64,000 nt of DNA from Terriglobia bacterium (lineage in GTDB: Bacteria; Acidobacteriota; Terriglobia; Bryobacterales; UBA6623), in assembly GCA_963824095.1 (NCBI GenBank), contig CAWGNS010000009.1:348272-412271 (forward strand). The letters are read 5' to 3'. Below are positions 17,520 through 27,392 of this stretch, in pieces. How positions within the stretch are numbered: the stretch's first letter is position 1; each line of letters starts with the position of its first letter. The position numbers were made by a program, and so were the translations under genes. The notes beneath the pieces were generated by a model. The model saw nothing but the letters and a program-made list of their open reading frames with translations. It was not told the DNA's origin and ran no database searches.

Positions 17520-20394
17520 ATGTCTTGGAATTGCCTTTCGATGCTCAGCGCCCAGCTCCGAGCGCAAGTTGGCGCCGCCCGCTATGACCCCACGCCGAGC
17601 GCCGCCCGCCGGCGTGCGCTGCTATTTGGCGCGCTTTTGATCCTGTTCGGCTCTGCCGCCTGGGCGCAATCCTCGCGTGTGAGTGGCGCGCTGCAAGGCA
17701 TCGTCGTGGACGAAACCGGGGCCGCGGTGCCCGGCGCCGCGATCTCGCTCACCGAGCAGGAATCGGGTTGGCAGCGTACCGCGGTTTCCGGCGCCGACGG
17801 CCGCTTCCTGCTCCAGGGTCTGCCCAGCGGCGAGTATCGCGTCCGCGTGGAGCAGGAAGGCTTTGCCGCGGCCGTCATCGGCGGTGTCGCCATTTCGCTG
17901 GGCGGCACTACGTTGGAGCGCGTTGAACTGAAGCCCGCCGCGGTGACCGAATCGATCGAGGTCGAGGCGCAGGCCGGAGCGGTGGAAACCAGCGCCACTT
18001 CCGCGAGCGCCGCGCTGGGCTCCGAGCGCATCGAGGAAGGCCCTTCCTCGAACCGCAACTTCTTGAACTTCGTGCTGGTGGCGCCCGGCGTCGCGGCTTC
18101 GAACGGGTCCAACGCGCAGCGCTCGCTCACCGGCTTGCGTAGCGCCATGCCCGACAGCGGCTTTGCTTTTGGCGGCATGCGCGGGCGCAACAACAGCCTC
18201 TCCATCGACGGCGTCGACAACCGCGACGAGACCACCGGCGGCAACCGCGTGGCGGTGGGCGTCGAGATGGTGCGCGAGTTCCGCGTGGCGGGCGCCATCC
18301 TCGGCGCCGAGTTCGGCGGCGCGGCCGGCGGCGCGGTCAACGTCGTGACGCGCTCGGGCAACAACCAGTGGCACGGCGACTTCACCTGGTTTTTTCAAAA
18401 CGAAGCCGTCAACGCCCGCGATCCCGAAGTCACCGCCGGCCGCGCGCCCAAGCTCCGCAAATACCAGCCGGGATTTTCCGTAATGGGTCCGCTGCGGCGC
18501 GACCGCACGTTTTTCGCGATGGCGCTCGAACAGGAATGGGAGAACGGCGAGGAATGGTCGGACACTCCCGCCGCCTATGCCCCGGCGATCGACCACGTGC
18601 TGCAAAGCCCTGCTTACGAGCACAGCGGCGTGAGCAGCGTCACGAAGGGCCTGTTCCCCACGGCGTCGTCGGAAACCGAATATTCGTTCAAGATCGACCA
18701 TCAGTTCAGCTCCGCTCAAACCTTCACGGCGCGCTACGCGTTCTCGCGGGGGCGCGTCGACGACCAGGTGCAGGGGCTCGACAATTTCGCCGACCGCTCC
18801 AGCCGCGGCAGCAGCTACGTGCGCGATCACTCGCTGGTGGCGGCGCTAACGAGTGTGCCGCGTCCCAACCTGGTGAACGATCTGCGGTTTCAATACGGCC
18901 GGCGCGACATGTCGCTAGAGCCCAACAGCCCCGGGGCCATGCTCGAAGTGCCGGGCCTGATCACCCTCGGCCAAGCCTATACGCTCGATGCCGCTCGCGC
19001 CGAACAGCACTGGGAAGTCGTCGAGGGCATGAACGTCATTCTGGGCTCTCACCAGCTCGGTTTCGGGGGCAGCCTGCATCAGATCAGCCTGGATGCGCGC
19101 CTGGCCAACCGCTTCGCCGGCGTGTTCGTCTTTCCGACTCTCGACGACTTCCTCCAGGCGCGGCCCGACGTTTTCCTACAGGCGTTCGGCGAAGCGCCGA
19201 CGCGCTATTCCACCACGCCCGCCGGCCTGTGGTTCCAGGAGCGCTGGCAGCCCTGGCAAAGGCTCACCTTCGAAGCCGGTCTCCGCTGGGACGCTCAATC
19301 GCTGCCCGCACCGTTTTCCGGTCCGCGCGCCAATCTCGCCCCCCGGCTGGGGCTGGCCTGGGTGCCGTTCGGCGACCGCTCCTCGCAGCGTCCGTTTGTG
19401 ATTCGCGCCGGGCTGGGCTGGTTCTACGACCGCTTCCCGCTCGCATTTCTCAACGATGCCATCCAGAAAGACGGTGTCCGGGGTTTCGAGCAATACCTGG
19501 TGGGCGACACAGCGGTTCGCGCGCTCCAGCAGGGCGCCGGCGGTCCGCTGGCAATGCCGCTGGCCGGCGAGCCCACCGCCGCCTACCGGCCCGATCCTCG
19601 ATTTCCCCTCGACCTACAGCCGGAAAGTCACGCTCGGAGTGGAAAAGGGCCTCAACAAAGAGACCCGGCTCACCATCGAATATGCCGCCGTGCGCGGCTA
19701 TCATCTGCCGCGCGTGCGCAACATCGCCGGCGGGTTGCCGCCTGCCTATCAACTCGAGCAAACCTCGCGTTCGTCCTATCACGGCGTCACCGTCTCGGTC
19801 GAGCGCAAGCTGATCCGCGACGTCTCGTTTCTGGTGGCTTACGGCTACAGCCGGACCTGGGACGACGCCTCGGACTTCGACGAGCAGCCGCTCGATCCGT
19901 TCGATTTTTCACTCGATTGGGCCTTGTCGCGCCAGCATCAGGCGCAGCGTTTCACCGCCAGCGGATTGTTCGAACTGCAGCCCGAGGAATGGAACTGGGC
20001 TCCGCCGTGGCTGCGCGAGGGCCTCGACGACGTCATTGTTTCGCCGATCTTCACCGCCGGCTCGGGGCGTCCGGTGAACGCGCTCAGCTCAACCGACGTG
20101 TTCCGCACCGGCGCGTTCCCGATCTCGGCCCGCCCGCCAGGCCTGGCGCGAAACCCGTTTCTTTCGCCAGGCACGGTGAATGTCGATCTGCGCATCATGA
20201 AGGGCTTTTGGGTCAAGAACGGCCGTGCTATCGTGCAGGCGGGAATCGAAGCCTTCAACCTTCTCAACCATTCGAACGCCTTGCGCGTGAGCCCCTACTA
20301 CGCCGCCGGCGCCCTGCAACTGCCCTCCTACGGAGAACCGCTCGAAACCCTGGGAGCGCGGCGCATTCAGATGATGGTGCAGTTTGAATACTAA
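17520..20394 (+). pseudogene. CarboxypepD_reg-like / TonB-dependent receptor-type outer-membrane protein with one frameshift
   Basis: N-terminal GIVVDETGAAVPGAAISLTEQESGWQRTAVSGADGRFLLQGLPSGEYRV then plug/barrel-like sequence. Frame 17520 becomes Arg-rich noise after ..AAYRPDPRF. The barrel continues in ORF 19456..20394 (..STYSRKVTLGVEKG...IQMMVQFEY). Shift at ~19600-19612 at a C4 run. Confidence 0.7.
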
Positions 20395-20411
20395 GCGGCC
20401 TGACCGAAAGG

Positions 20412-20496
20412 GGCACAGAAGCAAAAATCGCACTCGTGGCGTGAACCTCCAGGTTTGCCGCGTCGCGATTCGTCGCGACGTAGGGCCCCGCGCCAC
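20412..20496 (-). repeat. repeat family A copy 2
   Basis: ggcacagaagcaaaaatcgcactcgtggcgtgaacctccaggtttgccgcGTCGCGAttcgTCGCGACgtagggccccgcgccac, reverse complement of copy 1, about 85 percent identical by eye. Confidence 0.85.
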
Positions 20497-20845
20497 CTAG
20501 GCCGGCTGGAAAGGTACCACTGCCGGGTTCTAGATGACTGTCGCACACAGAACGGCCTGAATGCCCTTTTTCGGCGGTCTGCTAAACCAACTGGCCGAGC
20601 CGGCGCCACGCCGATTCCCAACCGCGCGCATAGCCTCCTCCCCGACAACGGCAATAAGGCGTTCGCCCCCTCCACGCCACGTTTTCTCAAACAACCCGCC
20701 GCCGGTCCGATAAGACCTGGGTCACCAGCAAAGCAGTTCGCCCTCCCACCCCTCCGCAACGTCCGCGAAGGCCCCCATGGGGCCCGGCGCGCGGAAAACT
20801 CCAACGGGCGCGAGCGCTTGCTTCATTCCAGGAGGAACGTCATCC

Positions 20846-21634
20846 ATGTCGAAGTTGAAATGGCTTCTCGTAGCTCACGCGGCTCTGGCCATCCTGCTCG
20901 CGCCCGCGCGCGCCATCGCCCAAGAGGAAGAGCCCGTGACCTGGGGCTACTCCGGGCCGGGCGGCCCCAGCAATTGGGCCGACATCAACGAGGACTACGC
21001 CATCTGTGGCTCCGGGACCAGCCAGTCCCCCATCGATCTCGATTCGCTCACCAGCACCGCGCGCTACGGCGGGGCCGTCGAGTTTCATTACAACCCAACC
21101 GATCTGACGATCCTCAACAACGGCCATACCATCGAGGTGGAATACGATCCAGGCAGTTGGATCGTCGCCGAGGGCCGCACCTACAACCTCGTGCAGTTTC
21201 ACTTCCACTCCCCCAGCGAGCATACCTTCGGGCGCGGCGCGCACTTCGACATGGAAATGCACCTCGTGCACCGCACCACCTCGGGGTCTCTGGCCGTGGT
21301 TGCCGTCTTGATTCGTGAAGGCAAGGAAAATACGGCGCTGGCCCCGGTCTGGGAGCGCCTGCCCTCCGAAGAAGGTGAGGAAAGGTTCCCCGATGTCGAG
21401 GTCGACGCCACCGACGTACTGCCCAGTGACAGCCGGGCCTTCCACTATATGGGGTCGCTGACCACGCCGCCGTGTAGCGAGAGCGTCCGCTGGTTCGTGC
21501 TGCGCGAGCCCATCGAGATGTCAGCCGAGCAGATCGCTCAGTTTCGAGCCGCCTTGGAGGCGAGTTGCTGCACCCAGAACAATCGCCCAACCCAAAGCCT
21601 CAACGGCCGCCGGATCGGTCTCGACCTCTACTAA
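20846..21634 (+). CDS. alpha-class carbonic anhydrase, secreted
   Basis: AGGAGGA 9 nt upstream of ATG 20846. Signal peptide. WGY..GP..W, SPIDL, zinc-His context QFHFHSPSEH and MEMHLVH, GSLTTPPCSE. Confidence 0.9.
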   Translation: MSKLKWLLVAHAALAILLAPARAIAQEEEPVTWGYSGPGGPSNWADINEDYAICGSGTSQSPIDLDSLTSTARYGGAVEFHYNPTDLTILNNGHTIEVEYDPGSWIVAEGRTYNLVQFHFHSPSEHTFGRGAHFDMEMHLVHRTTSGSLAVVAVLIREGKENTALAPVWERLPSEEGEERFPDVEVDATDVLPSDSRAFHYMGSLTTPPCSESVRWFVLREPIEMSAEQIAQFRAALEASCCTQNNRPTQSLNGRRIGLDLY

Positions 21635-21657
21635 TCGGGCGAATCGCCAAGCCACAA

Positions 21658-21690
21658 GGGCAGGCCGCCGGGCCTGCCCTTTCCGTCCTC
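21658..21690 (+). terminator. candidate intrinsic terminator after the carbonic anhydrase gene (family E hairpin)
   Basis: GGGCAGGCC-gccg-GGCCTGCCC followed by a T-rich tract (tttccgtcctctgttcctttcgcctttt), 24 nt after the stop. Confidence 0.4.
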
Positions 21691-21786
21691 TGTTCCTTTC
21701 GCCTTTTGCCATTTGCCTCGACCCTCATCCCCAAATCCCACCCGATCGAATTGCTACCATGGGCTGGATCTCTTCAACCAATTCCC

Positions 21787-22821
21787 ATGAACACTTCACA
21801 CCCTCCCACGCCGCTCGATCCCGAAGCGCAACGCGCGCTCGAGCTGATCGACGGCATGCGAGTCTCCAAAGCCACCTTCACCGCGCTGTCGCTGGGCGTC
21901 TTCGATACGTTGCACGAAGGTCCGGCCTCACTCGATGAGCTTGCAGAGCGCTTGCACTGCGCCGGCCACGCCCTGGAACGGTTGTTAGGCGCCTGCTGCG
22001 GCCTGGGACTGCTCGAACTGCGTGACGGCAACTATCACAACCGCCCGGTGGCGACGCGCTTCCTGCGGATTCACAGCCCCGAGACCCTCAGCGGATACAT
22101 GCTCTATGCCGACCGCATCAGTTTCCGCCTCTGGGGGCGCCTCGAAGACGCCGTCCGCGAGGGCACCCATCGTTGGGACCAGGAATTCGGCAGCGGCGCC
22201 GACATCTTTGCTCACTTCTTCGCCACCGATGAAGCCAAGCTCACCTTCCTGGCCGGCATGCACGGCCTCGGGCTGCTCAGCTCGCCCGCCATCGCCGCCG
22301 CCTTCGATTTGAGCCGCTTCCACCACCTGGCCGACATTGGCGGCGCCACCGGTCACCTCGTGATGGAGATCTGCCGCCGCTATCCCGAGATGACCGGCTG
22401 CGTCTTTGATCTGCCCGCCGTCACCCCGGTCGCGCGAACCTACATCGCCGAGGCCGGCCTGTCGGCGCGCATCACCACCGTCGACGGTGATTTCTTCAAC
22501 GATCCGCTGCCCCAAGCCGATCTTTGCAGCCTGGGCCGCATTCTCCACGACTGGACCGACGAAAAAGTCCGCTTCCTGCTCGACAAGATTTACAACAGCC
22601 TGCCGCCCGGCGGAGGCCTGCTGCTTTGTGAAAAGACGCTGAGCGAAACGCACGACGGCCCCGCCAGCGGCTACCTGCAATCGCTCAACATGCTGGTCTG
22701 CACCGAAGGCCGCGAGCGCACCGCCGCCGGCTACCGGCAACTCGTCGAACAAGCCGGCTTCACCCAATTCCAACTCTGCCAAACCGGCCGCCCCCTGGAC
22801 GCCATGCTGGCCATCAAATAG
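21787..22821 (+). CDS. class I SAM-dependent O-methyltransferase (Methyltransf_2/COMT-like)
   Basis: ORF 21565..22821(+), start ATG 21787. N-terminal dimerisation-like region. SAM motif LADIGGATGHL, DLP..., GRILHDW, GGGLLLCE. Confidence 0.8.
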   Translation: MNTSHPPTPLDPEAQRALELIDGMRVSKATFTALSLGVFDTLHEGPASLDELAERLHCAGHALERLLGACCGLGLLELRDGNYHNRPVATRFLRIHSPETLSGYMLYADRISFRLWGRLEDAVREGTHRWDQEFGSGADIFAHFFATDEAKLTFLAGMHGLGLLSSPAIAAAFDLSRFHHLADIGGATGHLVMEICRRYPEMTGCVFDLPAVTPVARTYIAEAGLSARITTVDGDFFNDPLPQADLCSLGRILHDWTDEKVRFLLDKIYNSLPPGGGLLLCEKTLSETHDGPASGYLQSLNMLVCTEGRERTAAGYRQLVEQAGFTQFQLCQTGRPLDAMLAIK

Positions 22822-22858
22822 AAAGCCATACCATCCATCCAGCGTACGGGCCGGCACC

Positions 22859-22916
22859 AGTGGGGCAGGGCTCCGGCCTGCCCAAAACAACAAGCACCCC
22901 CACTAAACCAGCCCCC
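22859..22916 (+). repeat. repeat family E copy (upstream of dut)
   Basis: agtggggcagggctccggcctgcccaaaacaacaagcacccccactaaaccagccccc. Direct repeat of 23506-23564 (first 28 nt differ at 1 position). Confidence 0.8.
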
Positions 22917-23063
22917 GGCCGCATTCGCCACGAAGACCCCTCCTGCCCAAACCACAAGACCACCCACCAACCAAGACGACCGCCCGGGTCTGCTATCATC
23001 GCCATCTACCGGCCCCGAGCCGCCGCAGCAACACCCGCGCCGCTGTCCGCGGCGCTCCCATCC

Positions 23064-23507
23064 ATGCAAAAACTCACTATCCCGGTCACCAAACTCCGCC
23101 CCGACGCCCGCTTGCCCGAGTCCTCGCACGGTCCCCACGAAGACGCCGGGCTCGATCTGTTCGCCGTCGAGGATGTCCTGCTCCCGGCCGGTGGCTGGGA
23201 GGGCGTGCCCACCGGGCTGGCGATCGAAATTCCGCCCGGCTACGAAGGCCAGGTTCGCCCCCGCAGCGGCTTGGCGCGCAAGTTCGGCGTCACCCTGCTG
23301 AACTCGCCCGGCACCATCGACCCCGGCTACCGCGGCGAAATCCAAGTGCTGCTGGTGAACCATGGCAAGCAGGACTACGCCATCCGCAAGGGCGACCGCA
23401 TCGCCCAACTCATCCTGGGCGTCTACGCCGCCGTCGACTGGAGCCTCAAGGAAGAGTTGAGCCAAACCGCCCGGGCCGCCAAAGGCTTCGGCTCCACGGG
23501 AACATAG
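23064..23507 (+). CDS. dut: dUTP diphosphatase
   Basis: ORF 22860..23507(+), start ATG 23064 (MQKLTIPV). AGLDL, RPRSGLA, GTIDPGYRGE, RIAQL, C-terminal GFGSTG. Confidence 0.9.
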   Translation: MQKLTIPVTKLRPDARLPESSHGPHEDAGLDLFAVEDVLLPAGGWEGVPTGLAIEIPPGYEGQVRPRSGLARKFGVTLLNSPGTIDPGYRGEIQVLLVNHGKQDYAIRKGDRIAQLILGVYAAVDWSLKEELSQTARAAKGFGSTGT

Positions 23508-23564
23508 TGGGGCAGGCCTCCGGCCTGCCCAAACCGCCAGTGCAACCACCAAGCCAGCTCCCCC
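23506..23564 (+). repeat. repeat family E copy (starts inside the dut stop codon)
   Basis: agtggggcaggcctccggcctgcccaaaccgccagtgcaaccaccaagccagctccccc. Confidence 0.8.
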
Positions 23565-23745
23565 GTTCCCCCAGGGTCGCGATCCTCCAGCCCACCCTGC
23601 CGAGAAAACTCCCCCAAAAACAGGCCATCCGCGGCCTGTCCTGGCGACAAACCGCGGATCGCCCGCCTACCTAGCAAAAACCGGCCCTGGCGCCAGCACG
23701 AACCGTGCCCCATTCGCGATCCGCGACTCAATCCACCGCGCCCAC

Positions 23746-25179
23746 TCACATCTTGTAAGTCCACATCAAAAACGCAACATTCACCCCATGCTCGGGCCGC
23801 GACTGCCTCAAATACTCGCCCTTGAACAGCCGGCCATACCCGCCGAGAAGATCCAGCCGCGAAGAAAACCGGTAGTTGATATGGAAATCCAGCTCGTGCC
23901 CGATGTGGCTGCTGGTGGCGGCCGGGTTGCGGACCAGTTCCGACCCCGAAAAGCTGTACAGCCCGTCCTGGCGGCTGGCCAGGAACAATTCGCGGAACTG
24001 CAGCGTGCCGCGCCAGCGCCGATGCGGCTCGAGTTGCACGCCGGCCACCGGCTCGTGAATGTTGCGCCAGGCAAGATTGTCGGCCGTGCCCCATTTGTGC
24101 GTCGGAAACAGTTGCTGCAGCGTATGCTGCCGGCCGTCGGTGCGGTCGCCGTCGCCCGACGCGAAGCTGTAATCGACAAAGAACCGCGGCGTCCAGCGCC
24201 AGTCGGCGAAGCGCCGGCCCACGTTGGCGTGCGCGCCCCAGGCGCTGACCGGCGCGCCGGCCAGGTCGCCCGTCTGCGTCAGAATTTCCGCTTCGTAGTC
24301 CATCCCCGTATCGCCCTGCCGCGCCAGGCGCGTTCCGAAGGTGTGGACTTGCTCGCCGCCGCGCACACCCAATTCGTTGACGCGGCCCTGAAACGTCGTC
24401 GCCAGCCAATAGGGCTCGATCACGGTTCGTCCGTCGCGCGACTGCCAGGACGCGTAGGCGCCGAACAGCTTCGTGGCCGACGAGAAGCGATCCAACCCAT
24501 CGTCGAGCGAGCGCACCTGCGCCGCCGCCAGGTAGTGCACCCGCAGGTTGCCCACGTGCTGCGTCAACCGCACGCCGTCGAACGCCGGACACACATTGCC
24601 CCAGTTGCTGGTACTCACCAGCCGTTTCGACCCGAAAACCAGCGCCTGCCGCCCCGCGACCAGTTCGAGGGCGCCCTCGCCGGCGTCCCCTACCCGCAGG
24701 TTCATCAGCCGCACGTCGGCGGCGTTCCGCACGCTCGTCGGAGCCCGCGGCGAGGTATCCCAGCCCGGAGCGCGCGAGTCCTGGATCTGGAAGGAGAACT
24801 GCACCTGATCGTGCAGCCGGATCCCCACATCCAGTCGCGCGCGGTGCAGGTAGTAGCTATTGTCGGTCCCGGAAAATCCAACGCCCTGGTCGAGTTCCAT
24901 GCGGCCGCGGACCTCACCGCCGATCGTCAGCCAGCGGGGTAATCCCAGCGGAGGGCGACTGGCGCTGGGCTGCGTAACGGCATTCGCCGCCACGGGGGCG
25001 GGCGTCTCTGCGCGCGCGGCCGGCGAGGTGGGCGTAGAAACAATGGCTGCCGGCGCCGCTGTTACGGCATTCGCCACCGCGGATGCGGGTGGCCCCGCGG
25101 GTGTCGGCACACCATCCGCGGCGAGTAGACCTAGCGATAAGACCGTAGTGGCTACGTAGCCTAGGATCTGTCGTTTCAT
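23746..25179 (-). CDS. outer-membrane porin, alginate-export (AlgE-like) family candidate
   Basis: ORF 23746..25260(-), start ATG 25179 (MKRQILGYVATTVLSLGLLAA signal). Pro/Ala-rich linker then beta-barrel pattern WLTIGGEVRGRMELD...YYLHRARLDVGIRL...FQIQDSR. Confidence 0.6.
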   Translation of the reverse strand: MKRQILGYVATTVLSLGLLAADGVPTPAGPPASAVANAVTAAPAAIVSTPTSPAARAETPAPVAANAVTQPSASRPPLGLPRWLTIGGEVRGRMELDQGVGFSGTDNSYYLHRARLDVGIRLHDQVQFSFQIQDSRAPGWDTSPRAPTSVRNAADVRLMNLRVGDAGEGALELVAGRQALVFGSKRLVSTSNWGNVCPAFDGVRLTQHVGNLRVHYLAAAQVRSLDDGLDRFSSATKLFGAYASWQSRDGRTVIEPYWLATTFQGRVNELGVRGGEQVHTFGTRLARQGDTGMDYEAEILTQTGDLAGAPVSAWGAHANVGRRFADWRWTPRFFVDYSFASGDGDRTDGRQHTLQQLFPTHKWGTADNLAWRNIHEPVAGVQLEPHRRWRGTLQFRELFLASRQDGLYSFSGSELVRNPAATSSHIGHELDFHINYRFSSRLDLLGGYGRLFKGEYLRQSRPEHGVNVAFLMWTYKM

Positions 25180-25440
25180 GAACTTACCTCGGGGGAAGAT
25201 TGGAATCGGGCGGTCCGTTTTCGCCCTGACCTTCTCATCGACCCCGACAAGGCAAGCCAAGAATTTTTTCCTGTAAAACAGGAAATGAAATCAGTTGGGG
25301 GAACTGGTTCCACATCCGTTCGACGACGCCCCCGCGCACACCTCGGCGATGCCCCGGGAAAACAAGCGGGTTCCATCCGCTTTCCAGCACGAGACGTGCT
25401 GCTTTTCCCCGGGACCGTGCGTTGCTGCCGGATCTGCTGT

Positions 25441-26892
25441 TCAGATGCGGAATTGCCCAACGAGTTGTTGGAGGTTGGCGGCCATCTCCGATAGAGATTT
25501 CGCCGCGCTGAGGGTGTCGTTGGCGCCCCGGCTGGTGCTCTGCGCCGCGCCGGCAACACCCGAAATGTTCTGGGCGATCTCGTTGGAGCCGCGCGCCGCT
25601 TCGGAGGCGTTGCGGTTGATCTCGTTGGTGGTGGCAGTCTGTTCTTCGACTGCCGAGGCGATCGTGGTCGACACATCGCTGATCTGATTGATGATCGTGC
25701 CCACCTCGGCGATCGCTTCGACCGCGCCTTTGGTGTCTTCCTGAATCGCCTGAATCTTGTGGCTGATGCCTTCGGTCGCTTTGGCCGTGTCTTTGGCCAA
25801 CTCTTTGACCTCGTTGGCGACCACCGCGAAGCCCTTGCCCGCCTCGCCGGCGCGGGCCGCTTCAATCGTGGCATTGAGCGCCAGCAGGTTGGTTTGCTCC
25901 GCGATCGAGGTGATCAGCTTGATGACTTTGCCTATCTCGGTGCTCGATTCGCCCAGCCGAGCGATCGTTTCGTTGGTGGTGTGGGCCACGTCGACCGCCT
26001 GCCGCGCGATGCGGGCCGACTCCGAAGAATTTTTCGAGATTTCCCCGATCGATGCCGTCATTTCCTCGCTGCTGGTGGCCACCACTTCGATGTTTTTGCT
26101 GACCTGCTCGCTGGCCGCCGACACGACCCCCGCCTGGGTCGAGGTTTCCTCCGAGTTGCCGGCCACCTGTTGGCTCACGGCGTTGAGTTCTTCGGCTGAG
26201 CTTGCCAGGGAATCGGCATTTTGCGCGATGCTTTCGACCGCGTTCTTCAATCCGATCAGCAGCCTGTAGATGACGAAGACCACCGCCACGGCTATGATGG
26301 CGCCGATGGCCATCACCCAGCCGATCTGACCGATAAGCTGCGCATACCCGGTATCGGCGCGGGCGATCGCGTCCTGGGCCGCTTTGTAGTACTCATCGCC
26401 CAAGGCGGTCATCTGTTGGTCCACCTCGTCGAGCGGGGGAGCATACTCGGTATTTCTCAAATCCGCGGCTTCCTGCTTCTTGCCGGCACGCGACAGCTCG
26501 TACACCCTCTGCCGGGTGGCGGCGGCGCTATTTAGCTTGTTCTGCATTGCCTCGAGCAGTGAACGGTCCTTGGCTGCCCCTTCCAACTCCAGCAGGGCCT
26601 TCATTTGCTCGGTCAGTAAGGTGCGGCTTTTATCAATCTTCTGCTCGATCTCGTCCATTCTCTTGGGGGACGACGCCAGGATGTGCTCCATGACGCCCAG
26701 GCGCAAGTTCAGCAGTGTAACGTGGGCGTCCGTCAGCGCGACCTCCGGCTTGAATTCGTTGGTGTTGAGTTTCTGAAACTCCTGCTGCGCGGTTTGGATC
26801 CCCCCAATGCCGCGCCAACCCACAACAATCAAAGCAATCACAACCAGGCCGAAGCCGGCCATAATCTTGACTCGAGCTGTCACGTTCTTCAT
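25441..26892 (-). CDS. methyl-accepting chemotaxis protein
   Basis: Two TM helices around a four-helix-bundle-like sensor, HAMP, and the conserved signalling hairpin [42 protein letters not shown] upstream. Confidence 0.9.
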   Translation of the reverse strand: MKNVTARVKIMAGFGLVVIALIVVGWRGIGGIQTAQQEFQKLNTNEFKPEVALTDAHVTLLNLRLGVMEHILASSPKRMDEIEQKIDKSRTLLTEQMKALLELEGAAKDRSLLEAMQNKLNSAAATRQRVYELSRAGKKQEAADLRNTEYAPPLDEVDQQMTALGDEYYKAAQDAIARADTGYAQLIGQIGWVMAIGAIIAVAVVFVIYRLLIGLKNAVESIAQNADSLASSAEELNAVSQQVAGNSEETSTQAGVVSAASEQVSKNIEVVATSSEEMTASIGEISKNSSESARIARQAVDVAHTTNETIARLGESSTEIGKVIKLITSIAEQTNLLALNATIEAARAGEAGKGFAVVANEVKELAKDTAKATEGISHKIQAIQEDTKGAVEAIAEVGTIINQISDVSTTIASAVEEQTATTNEINRNASEAARGSNEIAQNISGVAGAAQSTSRGANDTLSAAKSLSEMAANLQQLVGQFRI

Positions 26893-27392
26893 CCTTCCTG
26901 GCAGACGGCCCCGCTGGACCGGCGCACAGAAACCTTGAGCCTGCTTGGGGCGTGGTAGTCCGCCGCGCCTTGGGAGGGTAGGTCGTTGGCCGGTCTATCC
27001 CCGAGCTCTCCCCCGGGAGCCCTTTGCTCCCTGGCACGTCCCACGGAAACCTCGTCCTGACGCCGGTTTCCGGGGCGACATCCGGCTGGCTATGCGGATG
27101 TCTGACTATATTCATCGGCTGTTTACATCCAGCCTTTACGGGCGCTGATGTTTGAACGCGGATAGGGCAGAGGGGTCAGTCCAGGGGTCGCTACAGTGGG
27201 GCCCGTGAAGGAAGAAGACAAAGCTGCTGGCGGCGCGGAATGGGATCCCCGCGAGGCGCCACGCTTCGAACCCGGTGGACGACCGAGCGACCGAGGCGTG
27301 AAACCTTGGTGAAGATCCCCAACGAGCGCGGTGGTCCAGACGGGCGGGAGTGTTCCGGGGCCTGGCTCCACGTACCGCCCGTGAAACCATCC

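Noticed and set aside
22859-23564. Interpreting the direct-repeat-bracketed genes (dut, the 36151 ORF, the ArsB/NhaD gene) as mobile elements or IS/MITE cassettes
   Set aside because: No transposase, integrase or terminal inverted repeats with target-site duplications are visible. The bracketing repeats belong to families that also occur singly elsewhere in the window. They are kept as findings but not annotated as mobile elements.
25215-25300. Small hairpin ttcctgt-aaa-acaggaa near 25270 as an intrinsic terminator for the MCP or porin genes
   Set aside because: The stem is only 5-7 bp. On neither strand is it followed by a U-tract in the transcript direction of the adjacent genes.
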